Assembly: GCF_000181795.1 (NCBI RefSeq)
Contig: NW_003526941.1
Location: 7,563,118-7,627,117, forward strand
Length of the DNA: 64,000 bases
Direction of reading: 5' to 3'
DNA from: Trichinella spiralis
Lineage: Eukaryota
This document shows positions 13,923 through 26,744 of this stretch, piece after piece. The translations under genes were made by a program, and so were the position numbers. Position 1 is the first letter of the stretch, and each line of letters starts with the position of its first letter. A model generated the notes under the pieces. It had not been told where the DNA came from. It worked only from the letters and a program-made list of their open reading frames with translations, and did no database searches.

Positions 13923-16900
13923 TTATTCGTCATCTTCCGCGGATACGCGCAGTGCACTTTCGGTGGCAATAATTTCTTCTAGCGCATTATCAAATTCCAA
14001 GTACTGAAATTTGAAAGGTCACATTATCGTAGATACATTAACGAATAGATTTGAATACTTTCTGCTCATTGGCATAGCGTATATGTTCTGGAGTTTTCAA
14101 ATAATCTTCACCTTTCTTTTGTTCAAGCAGTTGTTCCATCTGCGCTTGTATTTTCTGTTTTTTCAATGATAACTTTTTCAATTCTTTGCTTATATCCACA
14201 ATACCCTTGAATCGATTTTCATAAATTCACGTTTTCCCGGTTAACTTTTTAACAAAAAGAAAAAGATGCGCATATAGTGCACAAATGGATAGTTAAATGC
14301 TATTACTGAATTACTAACTCTCTTCTCTTCGAATGGAAGAAACGTAAGTTTCCCATTTCAGCTATGCAAATTCTGTCTATCATTTAGAATAACAACACTG
14401 CTACACTGACTGATTTGAATTAGACATTTGCAGTCGATTGAAAGTAAATAAACAGACATACCTCTATAGGTAAGATAATTCGGCATTTATCGGAGACAGG
14501 AAACCTTACGCATCCTTTGAGAGGGTATTCATTCGAATTTATTTTCACCAAATTACAGATAGACAATACGGCAATCATCTCTGCGCAACGTTTCAAATCG
14601 TCAGCTACTTCTGAATCATTGCTGAGCACGTATACTACATGAATAAATGGAAATTAATAATTATAATCATCATCATAAATATATATATATATATACATAC
14701 TACAGTCAAGCTTTGTTTTTGCGGTAAGGTCAAAACTAGCTCTTAACGAACGAACAGCCTTCACTACAGACATTGCAAACTGTATCCGATTGTCCACTGT
14801 TGTATCTGCCCAGTTGTACTAAGAATTAAAAAAAAATCCTCTTTTCAAACATTTTCTTTCTAAATTAGGGCTCTATCTTCTTTTTACTTGTTCTGATTCT
14901 GGATAAGGTGCAACACAAATGCTCAGTCTGTTGTCATGGCTACCAGCGGGGAGTCTTTGCCAAAGTTCTTCAGCAATGAATGGCATAAATGGAGCTATAA
15001 GACGTAATGCTGAATCCACACAAAAACAAAGCACTCTTTTCGTAGCAGATTGTACTTCCGGATCTGCGTCTCTCATCACTGGTTTAATGCATTCCTAAAC
15101 AAACAACGAAAAAAAATGTAATATTTCTAAAATAATATAGAACATATTTAATTACAAGATAAACATCGCATAGCTCGTAAAGCCAGAAATTGTAGCATGC
15201 CGTGGTAGCTTTGCTGAATTCATAGTTTTCAAATGCATCATTGCACAAACGAACCGCTGTTGACAGTCTGCTCAAAATCCATAAATCTACTTCTGTTGCC
15301 ATTTTGTTAACCTATAATATGCACATACGTGCTTATTTCTCTGATTTGAATTCAGTAATCTCATACTTTAAATTCAGGCTCTGCTTTAAAATCCTTGCCC
15401 AGCGTCATCATAACAAATCGACAAGCATTCCATATCTTATTGCAAAAATGTCTGTAACCTTGAATACGCAGCACATCAAGATTGATATCTCGTCCTGAAC
15501 AAAAATAAAAAAATAAGCTTGCATTTCGGTTTTAAGTATAATCACCCTGAGCCGCATATGCGCATAAAGCAAATCGCAAAGCATCAGTCCCACATTCTGG
15601 AATACCGTTTGGATAATCGCGCTTTTGACCTTCCTTAGCACGTTGCACTTCAGCTGGGTCAAGATTGCTCGACAGTAATTTATTATGTAATTTCTATAAT
15701 GTTTTTCGTTAATTCAATTCTTCATAAGGGTTTTTGTACATGTGCGACAAATGTTTACCAAAAAGAAAATACTTATACCTCAAGACTAATGCCATTAATG
15801 ACATCCAACGGATCAATCACATTACCAAGAGACTTGCTCATCTTCCTCCCGTGGGCATCGCGTATTACCGAGTGCAAATAGATATCCGTAAACGGAAGCT
15901 TGCCTGTCAATTTCTGGCAAAGGAAAACCATTTTAGCTACCCAAAAAAACAAAATATCATATCCAGTCTCTAAAAGTGTTCCAGGATAAAATTCTTCCAA
16001 ATCTTTTGTCTAAATTCAGTACAGTTGCATATTAAAAGTCATCAAAAGCCTTCTTTTCATTGTTCGCATACCTGATTTGGCCAACCAAATATAGATATTG
16101 GAAATAATGCAGACGAAAACCATGTGTCCAAAACATCTTCGTCTACAAATTGTTTTGCTGCGTTATACATATGTATGCTGCGTTTTGCTTTTCATACTTA
16201 CCTTGATGTAAAGTAATTTCACTTTGTGGTACGTTAAATTTTTTTATAGCTTTCTGCATTGCTTCCGCTTCTGTCCTAGCAACAACCCAACTGTCGTCAC
16301 ATGCATCCTAGTAAGTTCAAAACATTTTAAACGAGAACAAAAAAGGTAAAAGCTATTTTGAACTTACATTTCCTTTTTCTCTACCTCTGATGCTAACGAA
16401 ATATGCCGGAATTCGATGGCCCCACCAAAGCTGTCGAGAAATACACCAATCTCTGAAATTCCACATTATGCAAATGTATTAAAAATATTCAACAACAGCA
16501 ATTTACCTTATGCCCGACATCCATTTATACCATGTCTTCTCATGGATATTCGGGATAATTCGCATATCACCATTTCGTACGGCTGCAGCTGCATTTTGTG
16601 CCATTTCATCACATTTAACATACCACTGAGCTTTCAACAATGGTTCGACGATATCTTTCGAACGACTATTCAAAGAGAAACAGTTAATTTCATAAAAATA
16701 AATAAACATATATCCTCGCACTTGCAAACTGGAACAACCATAGGATTTTCAGCCGTAGTAACAAAAAGACCAATCGCTTTCAATTCTTGAAGAACTGCTT
16801 TACGAGCGTGGAACCGTTTCATGCCTGCAAACCGACCACACCAAGCTTCCATCAAACCTTCATCATTGATGCAAGATATAAACGGTAAATTCAACCTCTG

Positions 16901-18682
16901 ACCAACCTCATAATCATTCTGATCATGTGCTGGCGTTATTTTAACAGCTCCTATATTTTATAATTATTGTTAAAAATCATTATTATTTAAAGGTGACAAC
17001 TGACCAGTGCCAAATGACATATCTACAAATGAATGTGATACAATTGGTAACTTTCGATCTAAAAACGGATGCTGGCATTCTTTCCCAACTAAATGTTTAT
17101 AACGGATATCATCTGGATGGACAGCAATAGCGACATCTCCCAGCATAGTTTCAACACGCGTCGTAGCTACCACAATTCGTTCATCTAATAATATAATTAT
17201 GTAATCACGATTGAATTTAACAACAACAACAAATGTAGACACATACCGCTATTTATAACAGGATAAGCAAAATGGACCAACACTCCAAATTCAACTTGTT
17301 CATCATAGCCAGGTACAGTTAGCATTGTACGGCCTGTAAGTTCAATTTTATCCACCTAATAAAGAAAATAATAAAAATGATGGACTGAAATGAATTTATT
17401 TTCCAACACCACCTCTATATCTGATATTGCAGAACGCAAAACACAAGACCAATTTACCAAACGAACACTTCTGTATATATTTCCAGTTTCGTGAAGCCTT
17501 ACAAATGCTTCTGTAACAGCATGACACATTTTCTATTAAAACGAAGAAAATAACAGTAATAAAGACCAATTATTACATCAACTTTCTAATAAATTCATAC
17601 TTCATCCATAGTAAAACAAGCACGATCCCAATCAAGTGAAGAGCCGAGTACTTTTAACTGTTTATATATAGTGTCGCCTTTCCTGAACAAACATGTATAA
17701 TGGTATATTACAGAACAGAACTTTGACAAAATCCAATTACTCGTTTTTCCATGACCAAACTTGTTTTAAAAATGCCTCACGTCCCAAATGATGTCGAGTT
17801 TGCTTTGATTCCCGCCAAATTTTTTTTTCAACAACAACTTGCGTTGCAATGCCCGCATGATCGCAACCAGGATTCCACAACACTGTACGACCTTTCATTC
17901 GATGCCTAAAAAGCATATACATAGTATTTTATTACGCATTTAAATTTCTGTTTAACTTGCCAACGAGTTACTGCATCTTCTATAGATATTGTCAAAGCAT
18001 GGCCCAGATGACATGTACCAGTAACATTTGGAGGTGGGATGACCATAACGAATTTTTCACTCTGCCTTCGCTTATTTATGTGCTATAAATAACGTTGAAT
18101 AGCTTTTTAAAATTTTAATTCATAAATTTGAAAACTCTCCAAAATACAAAACCAAATACCTCGAATTCGGGTTTGAAAAAGCCGCTTTTCTCCCACCAAT
18201 CATACCAACAAGCTTCTACATACTTTGGGCTGTAGGATTTAGGCATTTCACAACTGACATCTAGAGTATTAGAAGTGAAAAGTTGTACAGTCCATAGAAT
18301 ATTTTCATTTTACCTTTCTTTTCACCTGCTAGAGTTGGTATATCATAAGAAATTATTTCTTTTGTCTTTTCCTTTATTGGAACCTGAAACAGTTTTCATT
18401 TCAAATTAAATTTATTTCAAATTCCACTCAAGTGAGGCAAAAGCATTCCTTCAAAACACAAAAGGTAGACATAAACATAAACGCTGCTAAGAAACTGAAT
18501 AATCAATAAATGTTTACTTCAGACTTTGATTTTGCCATTTCCATCTTCTGTGCAAGCATTTGTTGTTTTTGCTGAAATTTTTCCAGTTTGGCTTGCTTCT
18601 TAGCATCCTTAATTTTATCTTTTTCTTTTTTATTAGAAGTCGCTTCAGAATGCAGAGAATTTGCCTGATCAGGGTTTACCAT
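13923..18682 (-). CDS. VARS: Valyl-tRNA synthetase (cytosolic type), many short introns
   Basis: ATG at 18682 (MVNPDQ..., Lys-rich N-terminus). First exons are 18682-18518, 18383-18314, 18260-18160, 18082-17961 and 17905-17741; internal exons were only partly traced. Motifs: [15 protein letters not shown] (HIGH), [86 protein letters not shown] (KMSKS) and [17 protein letters not shown]. Stop TAA at 13925-13923. Confidence 0.96.
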
Positions 18683-19765
18683 AGTGAAAATAACAAAAAA
18701 TTACACAGTATCCAAGTGAAATCAGTTATGGAATAGATGATTGTAAATACAGAATTAATAGGCAGCAGGTACAAATTTAATAAATGATAAAATACTATAA
18801 AATAAATGCAGCTATACATTTTTAAGCACTAAGCTATTTTAAATTTGGTTTTAGATAAAAAATCAAAATTTATTGATTGTAAAGCGTTTTTCTAACAACC
18901 AAGTTTACAATTTTTCAATATCATTTAAGCAAATAAGTGAAATTAACAGTATTTTCAAAATACATAAGTGTAAAATACACAACTCATTTCAAAAATAAAA
19001 AATATATACTATTTAAATTTCAATAAAATATATTTTTTATTGATTATAAAGTAAAAATGAAAATTAAACAGCAAGTAAACTGTAGTTCTGTAACTGTAGT
19101 TCAAAACTTGCAATACGACTAAATTGAAATTCTATCTAAAATTCAATGTCTGATCAAAATATAACTGAAATATAATTCAAAATGAATGAAAACAATAATT
19201 TATATATTTTGGAAACCAACAATAAAAATATATTAACAGCTTATTTAAAACCAAAATTCACAGCATCAACGTAGACAAAGTTCACAGTTTAACGCAAAAA
19301 ATAAAATAATAAATAATGTTTTAATTATTAATAAATAATTAATATGGAATTCATTAATTTTATATCATTTTTATTTGGTAAATGTAAGTAGTTAAGTAGA
19401 TGAAAATCAATTTTATTTACAGTAAAATATTTTTTGAAGAAAAATATTGTTAAGCATTAAAATACTCTGTTTATTAATATTTGATTATTTTAAAATTCGA
19501 AAATATGGAATTTTTATTTAACTTTCATACAGACTTAATTTTTTTTATTTCAATGGATTATTGATAACGCTTTATGATATCGTGCTGCAACCTGCGCGCG
19601 GCAATCTTTGACTGGAAATGACACAGTAGTGTGATGGTGGGGTTGTCGATTGAATTTGCATTTTCTGCTTTGAGCCTGCAAATATTTACCATTACTTATG
19701 TTTTCAGTTGCTTAATTTTCTTGTTTGTTTGCAGTTTTGGATAACACTGTTCGCCATTGTTAACG
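18683..19765. promoter_or_regulatory. Divergent (bidirectional) promoter region between ValRS and the acidic nuclear protein gene
   Basis: The two start codons face away from each other 1.08 kb apart. The interval is extremely AT-rich apart from a GC element (CCTGCGCGCGGC, 19591-19602) near the + gene. Confidence 0.5.
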
Positions 19766-21704
19766 ATGGAAAAAAATAACGCCCGAAAATATCATAAAGG
19801 CAATGATTCCAGTGGAAGTGAAGAATCAGACATTAGAAGCGTGAGTTGCTTATCTGTTATTTTTTATTGACTTAATAATAGCTAATTAATTAATTTACTT
19901 GTTAAAATTTTTGTTTTTTATGTCCATTTTTACAAAAAATACACGTTATAAATTGTTTACATTTACAAGAAATTGCAAATTTTAAATATGCATCGGTTTT
20001 GATAATTAAAATATCTTTTCTCTTACTATCAGAACATAAATTTGTTTGTTTATTGATTTATTTTTCAGCTTTATTTGTATCATTCCATACATTGATTTTT
20101 ATGTTTGTTTTATTAGCTGTGGAATAATGCCTAAACAAATTTGCATTGAATAATATTCATGCATTTCTTTTATTTCACACACTCAGTATTTACATTTCTT
20201 ATTGTGATTTATCTCATCAACAGCTTATCTATCTTTGTAATTATTCAAAGTTGTGTATGCATTTGGGTATTTTATGAAAATTAATAAAATGTAATTAACT
20301 ATAAATGTGGACGTAAATGCAAAGAGTGCTAGATTTGAAAACTAATTCTGTATTTATTATGACTTAGTGGTATTTATTCGTTTATTCAACGATGTTGTGA
20401 TCGTTTATTCAACGAAAATGTGACAGTAATTATATGATATGCTAAATATTCTATAGTGGTTTGTAAAGACCAATTCTGCTTGGCGAGATTTCGTTTGTAA
20501 AATATTTTGCTTTAATTATTGTTCACTATTATTTACACGTAACACTTTTGTACCGTGTCATCCCTAAGATGCGTTGTTTGATAAATGATCCCGTCGTAGG
20601 TATACTGTAGTTATGCTGATAAGTAGGTTTGTTTTTTATTAACTTTAAGATTGCGTACGTATTTAGATGTGATTGTGTGCATTTTTATATTATGTATAAT
20701 TTTTCATGTGCATTTTATTTTTAATTTTTATGCGTTTCATTATATTTTTAGGATATTTCAGAAGAAAATTATTCACACGATGACATAGGCAGCGATAATG
20801 AGCATGCTAGCGCTGATGATGATCAACATTCAGATGAAGTTGACGACGAAAATGAACATAGTGATGATGATGGTGATGAAGATGATACTGATGATGATGA
20901 TGATGTCGATGATATTTCTCCTCAGCCATCTCGACGTAGAAGTTTGTGCTTTTTATAGTTGTCAGTTGCTTAATTAAAAGAGAAAAGTTTAGGTGGCAGA
21001 CAAACGAAAAATTCTTCTAGCACCGATAAAAAGGGAGTACGTACAAAAAGAGTTGCAGCTGCTCGAGTTTCTAGCTACGGTATAAAATTATGAATTTAAT
21101 TAAATGCTATTTTGATTATCTTATTGCGTTAAGCAGTTTTGAGTAAAATATAGCTTATTACGAATAATAAATCACGGTTTTCATCTACGGGAATATTTTT
21201 TAATGCTATGTGAAATTTTTAGCAGAAGAAGCTGATTTGCAAAATTTGTCTACTGATGAAGATAGTGATGTTGAAGCATATGGTCGTAAAAAGAAATCAA
21301 ATGCTTATGATGATGACGAGTGGACAGGAGAAGATTCAGATAGTGATTTTGAAATGGAAATGAAGAAAGGAAAACCGGGAAAAAGTGGCACCAGAAGGGG
21401 TGGCGCTGTTAAGCGTGGTGTTGGACGTCCAAAGAGAGCTACTGCACGTCGTGGATCGGCTTCTAAACGGGCAAGTGTGAACGACTCGGATGAAGGTCTT
21501 TCCAATGATTCTGATAAATATATTCCTCGACCGAGCAAACGTCGTCAGGTAGCTTCTGAATCTTCAGAAAATGCATCTTGCTCTCCTGATGACGTGCCTG
21601 ATTCTCACAAAGCGGTAAAATTATCCAGTTTTATTTCTTGTATATTTATGTGAGTATGTTTGTGCGTATATATTTCTTTTCAGATAGACTCCTTTGAAGA
21701 GTAA
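19766..21704 (+). CDS. Low-complexity acidic/basic, probably nuclear protein with an AT-hook-like motif (~254 aa, 5 exons); function unknown
   Basis: Exons 19766-19840, 20752-20941, 20993-21079, 21223-21614 and 21684-21704 join in frame (765 nt) with GT-AG sites. It has long Asp/Glu tracts, basic NLS-like patches (GRKKK, PSKRR), KRGVGRPKR (AT-hook-like) and RVAAARVSSYAEE. Confidence 0.75.
20378..20423. repeat. Imperfect 23-bp tandem duplication in intron 1 of the acidic protein gene
   Basis: TCGTTTATTCAACGATGTTGTGA followed by TCGTTTATTCAACGAAAATGTGA. Confidence 0.7.
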
Positions 21705-22726
21705 AGCAATGAAGAAATTGAATTTCAGTGGATGGATATGGTGGCTGTTCAGTTGCGGTTACCAGTTTACGCAGTTAGGTTATCGAAATCGTATTTTTTT
21801 AATGGTCAAAATTGTATTTTCAACATATACTTTGTTTTTTCTCATAGATAGTGCTTTATAATTGGCACATATTCTTATTATTAAGCTATTTTGTTAAGCT
21901 TTTTTATAATGATATATGATGATCATATATTTATTATTTTCCGCTGAAATCTATTTTATTCGAAACATCGAAACGTCATAAATGAAGCCAAATGTTTGAA
22001 ATACATGCATTCTCATTAATAGAGTAGTACAGTTCATATGTGGCGTTATGTTGTACAATGAAAGTTCATTAGTAAATTATATTATTATTGCTATTATTTT
22101 TTATTATGTTCCAAATCGTAACTTATCCTATGAAACTATGAACAACAGCATAGACATACTTCAGCATAAAGCATTTGTTACAAGCACAGTTATTTGCTTA
22201 AGTACATTTGACAGAAATTTTCAAAAAAGATATTAAGAAACGAAATCGACTAAGCATTATGTCATTAACGCTTTGTATGTGGTCTTAATGATGTATGCAT
22301 TTCCATTTCGCAATTAATTTTCAAAAGTGAACTTTAACTGTTGTGTGGTTATTTATTTAAAATGCAGTAGTGAGTATTTAACTTTAAAATCTGCAAAAAA
22401 TGGTAAGTAGAGTTTAGTCGATGTATGTGTATGATAAGGGGCTTTAAATTTTGACATCATTATGAAATTCAGGCAAATGTCTAAATATATATGACTCATA
22501 CTTAATTATAAATAACATTTACAGTAGGTAAACTTTAAGGAATGCTTGATGTATAATAAAACTAGTTATGACACATTGACCTGTGTAGAAGGATTCCTTG
22601 GATGACTAATAGTAGCGCTGTGAAAGGAAATTTATTATTTTGTTTAATTTTTATATTAATTTTAGCGTTTAAACAATAATATATATATATTATTATTATT
22701 ATTATTATTAATTATTTAATTTAGAA

Positions 22727-23795
22727 ATGTCAACTCGTGAGCGGAATGTTCCAATCAACATCATGCGTAAATCGTCAGTTGAAGAGATCAGCGATAGAAT
22801 TGTTAATCTGCTGGATGAGATTGAAAAGCGCATTGAATCTTTGCGTGAAACTGCTACAGTGATGGAACAGGAGAAAGAGAACATTATTGAAATGCTAAGC
22901 ACCGTACAAATGAATAAAGATTTACTCAAATTGAATCAAGGTATAATGAGGAGTTGTTATTTATTTTCGTATAATATGAATAGTTCCATATGGTGCAGGT
23001 GCATATTTGGATGGCATGTATGCGTTGTGGATAATATTGTTTTATTAATTTTTTTTTGTTATAATATGTTCTATTTGTGCTTTTCAGGGGAAAAGGATGA
23101 TATTGAAGCGACGGCGAATCGCTTGATAAATCGCTGTCGTGCCGTGCAGGTGAGTGTTGCCACGATCCGAAATTCTGAACAAGCTAAAGCATTGGAAATT
23201 GTTAACGAAAAAATTGAAGATCTTTTGAAGAAAATGCAAGAAGATATCAACATGTCAAGACAGGTGAAAGAATTTTTAGTTTTGAAATTACTTATAATTA
23301 TTTTGTTACGATTTACTTTTTTAATGAGGCAAAAGTGAAAAACGAAAAGCAGTTTTTATGATTTTTTTGTGTATTTGATTCACGTTGTACGAACAGAAGT
23401 GGTAAGCATAGTTGTTTGTGAGTCTGTGGAGCTTTGTTTTATGTTTAATTCATTCAGTTTGTAATTACATCGAATGATGTAAAGTTTAAGTGTTAAAAAA
23501 AACAAATTTGTATGAATGTTTATTATTTATTTGTGCAATGTGATTGAGTTTGTTTTGTAAATATGAAGCGATAGCAAAAACAATGCGATTGATTTTTAAT
23601 TTCAAATTGTAGACGTGCCAGACTTATTTGAACGCTTGCAATCCGGACAGTCCTAATGGACCGATTGATCAGAAGTTTCAAGCAAATTTGATCGAATGCA
23701 CTGCTGATGATCAGAAGAAAATTCGACGCCGTCTGGAACAGTTGCTCAACTTAATCGAACGATCTGAGAAAACCATCGGCCAAGCATCGTTGTGA
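22727..23795 (+). CDS. BAG2: BAG family molecular chaperone regulator 2 (BAG2; unc-23-like), ~190 aa, 3 exons
   Basis: Exons 22727-22940, 23088-23263 and 23613-23795 are in frame (573 nt). The N-terminal coiled coil LLDEIEKRIESLRETATVMEQEKE and the C-terminal YLNAC...GPIDQKFQANLIECTADDQKKIRRRLE are characteristic of BAG2. Confidence 0.93.
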
Positions 23796-24143
23796 CGATT
23801 GGTCGGTTTTCAAGCGCCATTATTGCTGCTGAAAAATGTGTGAAAAAATTTATAGCGATTTTACGATGTAGCTGTTTGCAGGTTAGAAGGAAAAAAAAGA
23901 AAAAAGTGCAACAATTATGGAGTTTTGCACGCTTTTTGCAAATGTACCATACCTACAGCTTCGGGTGTGGACGAATTTTATTGCCTACCGTACGGCCAAA
24001 TATGTTGGTTGCGGGTCCGGTTTGATCGTTGCCTTATTTCGTTCAGTTGATGATTTCTTATCAAAAAGTAGTCAAGTATTAATAAAAATTTTCCAATCTT
24101 AACGATTGATTTGTCATTGAAAAGAAAATTTATGTACATTCGT

Positions 24144-26744
24144 TCATTTATTTTTAAAAAACAACTTTATCCTGGTGCATATGCTTGACTTTTGTGGTTT
24201 CATTTTCTGCTCTTCACCAGGCACATTCGACGTCACTGGTGAAGTTGTTGACCCGTTTGGCTGCAAATGAAGCACTTCGGAGAATACTTTACCGCCGATT
24301 GAAATGTTCTCGCCATTTGCTTTGTCCATGAATTGCAATACTGCTTTTTGACGACGTAACATTAGCGTCCTGCGGTATGTCACTAAATCACACAAATTAT
24401 TGAAACCAGACCGCAGCAGTTGAAATTTATAAACATATGTGATTTAATCTTTTAACTTTTTAAACTTCAGAATGTTAAAAAATGAAATAATTTTTCGAAA
24501 AGAAAAACAACCTATGAGAATTGTAACAAAATATCCAATTTATCAGTTTCAGTTTTTTTTGTTTGTCCACTTAGTAGTTGAAGATGAATTTGAACGTGTA
24601 AATTTAAATTTATTTAAAACTTTCTGAAAACACTCGCTAATTTTTTTCATCGACAATGCCTGTTACGTTTCCTCCATCTTATATTCTGCTAAATGACAAC
24701 AATTTTAACTCGGGTTATTTATAATTTTATTCCTGCATTACTCTTACTGTAATACACGTATTAGTTTTCTTAACTAATTAGAGTAATGTTTCATTTTTTC
24801 AGACAGTTTACAATTGAAAATGAAGTACATAAACACTTCATTTCCATATTGTTCTATTTAAAGTCAACAAGTTGACTATTAATTGCATAATATCAGTTTA
24901 TTTTACAATAGTGAAGTTTTAATGATAAAGTTACTGCACGTATTTCATTATTTGCATTAAAATTTTCAAGTAATGTTCTATTATTTTTTCCATTTTTTCT
25001 AGAACTTGTAAAAACCGATAACATGAACCCCACAGTTGAAGAGAATGAACACCGTTGTGGCAGACAATCTAGCAAGGAACTTGACAGAACTTGAACATCA
25101 GTGAAAACTTTTTGTAGAACAAGGAATGAAGGCGGGAAGAAGTTGCGTGCGTTGGTCGGCGGTCGGAACGAGTGAATGGTGATTTTGGCGCACACGAATG
25201 CATACCCTTGTTGCCCACACCCTTTTATCTGTATTCACATATACGAATATATCATAATAAAGTGTAGATGCAACAAAAGAATGCTACACCATGGTTTATT
25301 GTGCATATTCTGAGCCGTCAATTTATTTGGTATAGCAGCGTGCACTACTTCAACATGGTCATTTTTCAAACCGTAAGTACAATTTTCTTCGTGCATGCCA
25401 TTTGATTTATTTATAAAATGTTTGGTTGTGCGCTTTATGTTGATTCAGATTCTGAGCAGCAAAAGTTGAAAAAGAGAATTAGGAAAAGTTTTGATTCAAA
25501 AAATTTTCAAAGATACTTATGTGTCTGTGTGTGTTTGTGTCTGCGCGGGAATAGTACTGAATAGGAAGGAAACGAGAGTGTTAATTAGTTTTGTTTGTTT
25601 ATGAATAAGGATATGAGTATGTTATTTATTGAACAATTTGAATATTGTGTAGTTCAACATATTTTATTAATGATTTGAAATGATCGAATTTCTAATTGTT
25701 TACTGAAATGACAGAAATATTACATGTCTAACGTTGACTGAAGTGCTCTTTTTACATATGCTCAACTGTAAGCAAGCAGCAAATCAGAAAACCAATCGTT
25801 CCTTGTGAAAATTGATTTGCTAAAAATTATTTATGTATTGTGAAATTATGAAAAAAAATTGAAGAAAACAACAGCTTTTTTATATCTTCAACATGACACT
25901 CACGCGTATGAAATGTCGAAGAATAGTGTGTGAAAATTGGATGTGTGTTTTTGTCTTATTAATTAGTCATTTTATCTGCACATTATACTCAGTATTAATG
26001 TACTTGTAATTTGAAACAAGAAGAGAATATTTTTTACATATGAAAATGGTCAACTTACTTGAATGCATTATAAATAGTCCGCCCCAAGCGATGCTCCAGA
26101 ACCAACCAATGAGGAAGAATGTAACAGTGGCAAATTGAGAAACGCCAACGCAACAATTGATCAACATGGTGAGCAAGGTTCGAGTTTCTCTGACTTCAAG
26201 ACGTGGTTGACCAACCAATAGAATTGCCATACCGGCCAACACGGTTCCTTTGAATGGTGTCTCTTTTAAAGCATGCTAATTTTGATTGGGACAGCTTACC
26301 GGAGCCAGGCAACAGTAGATTCAGCAAAAAGCATACAATCGCTATTGGCAAAGGCAAGAATGGAATGGCAGCGTAGATCAGTGATTCATTGATTGCTTTA
26401 CGATCTCTGGCTGTTTGGGTAATGCTGGCTGGCTTTGCTTGATTTTCTTCAACAGTTTCGCCAATTTGCGTATGATTCGTATGTACAGGATCGACAACGG
26501 TTACCATCAGCACGGGATCGGTGGGATTTTTTTGAAAGTTCGTTCCACGCGATGTGGCACTGCCTACTGTAGTTGTCGGTAGTGGTGGATGATTAGTCGA
26601 CAGCGATGTGGAACAGCCATCTTTTGACAAATACAACTCGCCACTTTGGGTTAGCTCAGCCGCGGCTACTTTAGCGGACGATTGTTTAACTTTGTTAAAG
26701 CCGAATCTCAACGCTTGTTGTAAAGCGTTTGGTGTTGGGACCAT
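24144..26744 (-). CDS. Stum/SPEC3-family membrane protein, ~290 aa, 3 exons
   Basis: Exons 26744-26300, 26247-26059 and 24382-24144 join in frame (873 nt). The signature AIPFLPLPIAIVCFLLNLLLPGSGTVLAG...INCCVGVSQFATVTFFLIGWFWSIAWG is typical of Stum/SPEC3 proteins. The last exon continues HSMTYRRTLMLRRQKAV. Confidence 0.85.
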
